From Octopus vulgaris (lineage: Eukaryota): DNA of 64,000 nt. The DNA lies in NCBI GenBank assembly GCA_951406725.2, contig OX597819.1:30380001-30444000 (forward strand), written 5' to 3'. The position numbers and the translations under genes were made by a program. The notes under the pieces were generated by a model. The model made no database searches and had not been told where the DNA came from. It worked only from the letters and a program-made list of their open reading frames with translations. Positions 61,009 through 64,000 of this stretch are shown one piece after another (the stretch's first letter is position 1; each line of letters begins with the position of its first letter).

Positions 61009-61456
61009 AGAAAAATCCATTTGTGGTAGTATTTAACATTCATGTTTCAAAACTTGTTTCTACACATTCTCTCCATCTGGTCACTCGCTGTTCTGCATGA
61101 ATGACATTTCAACTGTGACTTCAGTCTGGCCACTACCACTACCAGTGGCTTGCCACAGCTGTCTGGTCTCTGTCACCACCAACTTCTGCTTGATACATAG
61201 TGTTAACACTACCTTTGTATCGCATTCAGTGTTACTATTTTGCTTCTAACAGGATACTTAGTTAAATTCATGCCATTGCTATCTAAAATCCAGAGTAAAT
61301 TAAAAGGAAAGATTTTTCTACTTGTTCCTGTCTGCCATACAACTGTAAAATGCAGGTGGCATTCAACTATTCCATGCAGTGTCTTTGTCAGTTTTTCCTT
61401 GTTTCAAAATATCTCATTTTACAGTTCTCACAGCATATCTGTAACTGGCTTTAAAA

Positions 61457-61462
61457 AATAAA
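61457..61462 (+). promoter_or_regulatory. Probable CCT6 polyadenylation signal
   Basis: First AATAAA I found after the stop codon (about 450 nt downstream), followed by T-rich sequence. Confidence 0.6.
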
Positions 61463-61976
61463 AACAACTGAATCCCTTTAAATTCTTTTACATTGTTTTT
61501 TATTTAAATTATTGTTTAACCATTGTATTTTGTTATTCCATGTTTGGAAGGTTTTGATAAATTTGAACAAAGTAAAAGTAAAAACAGGTTTTTCTTTTTA
61601 ACTTCATCCTTTTCATTCTCTTAGCTCCTCCAGTGTTGTCAGCACAACATGCAATACACCTTTTGCAGACATCCCCTTTGCTTACCTTCCTCCTCTCTCC
61701 ACTCAGGCCAACTCCCATTGATATCTCTGTTACAATATGCATTAAATCAAAATTTGAACATGGAATAACTAGAAAAAACTGACATCTACCTCTCGTGACA
61801 GTGCCACACCACTTGCATCACATCCTCAATGAGTCAGAAGAGTAGAGGAAGGGAACAAAAGAAGAAAAAAAATATTGCCAACTAGAAATTATGAATATTT
61901 AGAAAAAAAATTTGGCTTGATAATACCCCATGTGACTCACGGCCCAATTTCACCTCTTGTTCAAGGCATTTATATA

Positions 61977-62199
61977 TATTTCTTTACTACCCACAAGGGG
62001 CTAAACATAGAGGGGACAAACAAGGACAGACAAAGGAATTAAGTCGATTACATCGACCCCAGTGCGTAACTGGTACTTAATTTATCGACCCCGAAAGGAT
62101 GAAAGGCAAAGTCGACCTCAGCGGAATTTGAACTCACAACGTAGCGACAGACGAAATACAGCTACGCATTTCACCCGGCGTGCTAACGTTTCTGCCAGC
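61977..62199 (-). mobile_element. SINE family B
   Basis: Same sequence; TSD tcaaggcatttatata at 61961-61976 and 62200-62215. Confidence 0.9.
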
Positions 62200-64000
62200 T
62201 CAAGGCATTTATATAGTTTGGATGGTTTATCTCTAGAAAAGCAAACCAATCCAACTAGTTTCTGATCTTGTAAAATTTTCTTCAGGAAAAAAGAATGAAC
62301 ATTCCTGTCCACATTTGTGGCCAATAGCTATTTGTACCGAATACAGCTGGTCTAAAAATTCTGCGTAGTGCACTATTAATTTATCCACATCGCTCAAGCT
62401 TGACTGTTATGCAAATTCCACCAGTTCAAATGCCCTAGTTGGTGTACTCCAACTTCTTTGTAATATGAATTTGATTCACAATTTCTATTGTTTTTTTTCA
62501 CATTATCTTGTGTAGGTTGAACTGTGTAAAATGCTAGGGAAAGAAACCTAGCTGTTTCTTGCATTACATACAACTAAAGCAAGAGTTTTTTTCATGGACT
62601 CTTATAATACTATTGTGGGTCCCCAATTTACTATTTCGCTGCGTGAACCTCCAAAAGAGCTGTAAATCTTTGTGAACAGAAAAATACATGTTCTTTATCT
62701 GAACGTTTTCTTTCTCAATTTTTCTTTCCATAGATACATTTGTACTGTAACCACTTTTTTACTTTTCATGGCGAAACAAAATTGTATGGTGTGTATATGT
62801 ATATAGTATGTATGTAAAGAGGGTGTGCATTTATTTCAAACTATCTCCCCATAGCGCTATGTAGCACACTATTATAAATATAAACTCTCTGTAAACGCTT
62901 CTACTATTGCTACCAGCGTAAGTTTCTTGAAAACTATTTATGGTATTAGAAATTTTTGACAACTATACAGTAATCTTTAAAAAATTATATTGGAATCAAG
63001 TCGTTTGTGCTGGTGTAATATATCGCAAATGTGATAGGACTGTGCCATGTTGGAGAGAGAAGCAAGCTAAGATATATTTTACTAACAGGTAAGTAGTTTT
63101 TCAGACACTTGGAAATCTACCAGTTAAAAGGATTTTATGAGAATTAGGTAAAATGACACCTGAATAAACAAACATTCAAAGCTTGCGTTTATACTCTGTG
63201 TGTGCTTGTAATAATATATATGTGTGTGTGTGTGTGTGTGTATAAGGTATGTACCTGAGTTTGTAATATTAAGTGTATTATATACATATGTAGGTGGTGT
63301 GTGTTAGTAATGTATAATATATACATACAATAATGTGTGTGTCGCTGATTAATAAGGTAAGTTATGATGCACCGTAAGTATGAGGATATGATAGTGATGT
63401 TAGTCATACGCGTTTATCTAAATATAGTATTCATCAAATGCTTAGTCTTGGATCAAATAACCATGTCCTCTGTTTTGTTGTTTTCAAGAAACTTTTTTTA
63501 TTTTATTTTTTTGCATGATTTTCGCATCTTAACCAAGTTCCTGTCGAAAAATACCCCCCCCCTCCCCATCTACGCTAATTGTACAAATTAAGTTTCTGTA
63601 TCCGGGCGCATTCGTGTGTATGTGTGTAATGCATATCTTTATCTAACTGGGAGAGGCGAATTCGCAGAGTCAGTAGAGCGTAGGAGGAAATGTTCAGTAT
63701 TTGCCCCAAAGTTCAAATCCCGATGTGGTCAGTTTTGCCTTTCATTCCTTTCTGGGGGTAGATAAAAAAAAATAGCAGTCAAGGGCGGTGGATAGGCAGA
63801 ATTATTAACACATTGAACGACTTGTATTTTTGTTTTGGTACTTTGAGTTTTTGGGTAGTAGACAAAATTCATGGGCCAGTTTAACACAATCACCCGGTCC
63901 TTAGGTTTCCTTTGGCAGAATTTATTCTGTTGCAAGCATTCCCCCCGTCAGTCTCGGGGATTCTGAGAAAAATAAAGGATCACATCACGGTGGTGGTGGT

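Noticed and set aside
61533-61742. Convergent gene exon (69-aa minus-strand ORF)
   Set aside because: No recognisable homology or splice support.

Overview
AT-rich, repeat-dense eukaryotic genomic DNA, most likely an octopus (coleoid cephalopod). The organism is inferred from the SINE/RTE/microsatellite landscape and is not proven. The only host protein-coding gene I can support is CCT6 (TCP-1 zeta, cytosolic chaperonin subunit) on the + strand: 15 GT-AG exons from ATG 27064 to TAA 61008, 1599 nt, 532 aa, open frame throughout. The rest is mostly mobile DNA. It includes a tail-to-tail inverted pair of young RTE-clade LINEs just upstream of the gene (RT with an embedded PHD-type finger), many RTE 3' fragments, several tRNA-derived SINE families, non-autonomous Helitrons/Helentron-like elements, TTAA and TA MITEs, mariner, CR1/L2 and RLE-LINE relics, and Penelope-type repeats carrying hammerhead ribozyme cores. 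The leads most worth following are RNA-level: (i) an RTE fold-back that places the element's only premature UAG in an A:C mismatch, a classic ADAR target; (ii) two near-intact hammerhead ribozymes; (iii) a 4-unit SINE concatemer inside one target-site duplication; (iv) several long hairpins in unique CCT6 intron sequence, candidate H/ACA-type RNAs; (v) a CCT6 Thr codon one A-to-I edit away from the conserved Ala. All folding and alignment was done by eye.
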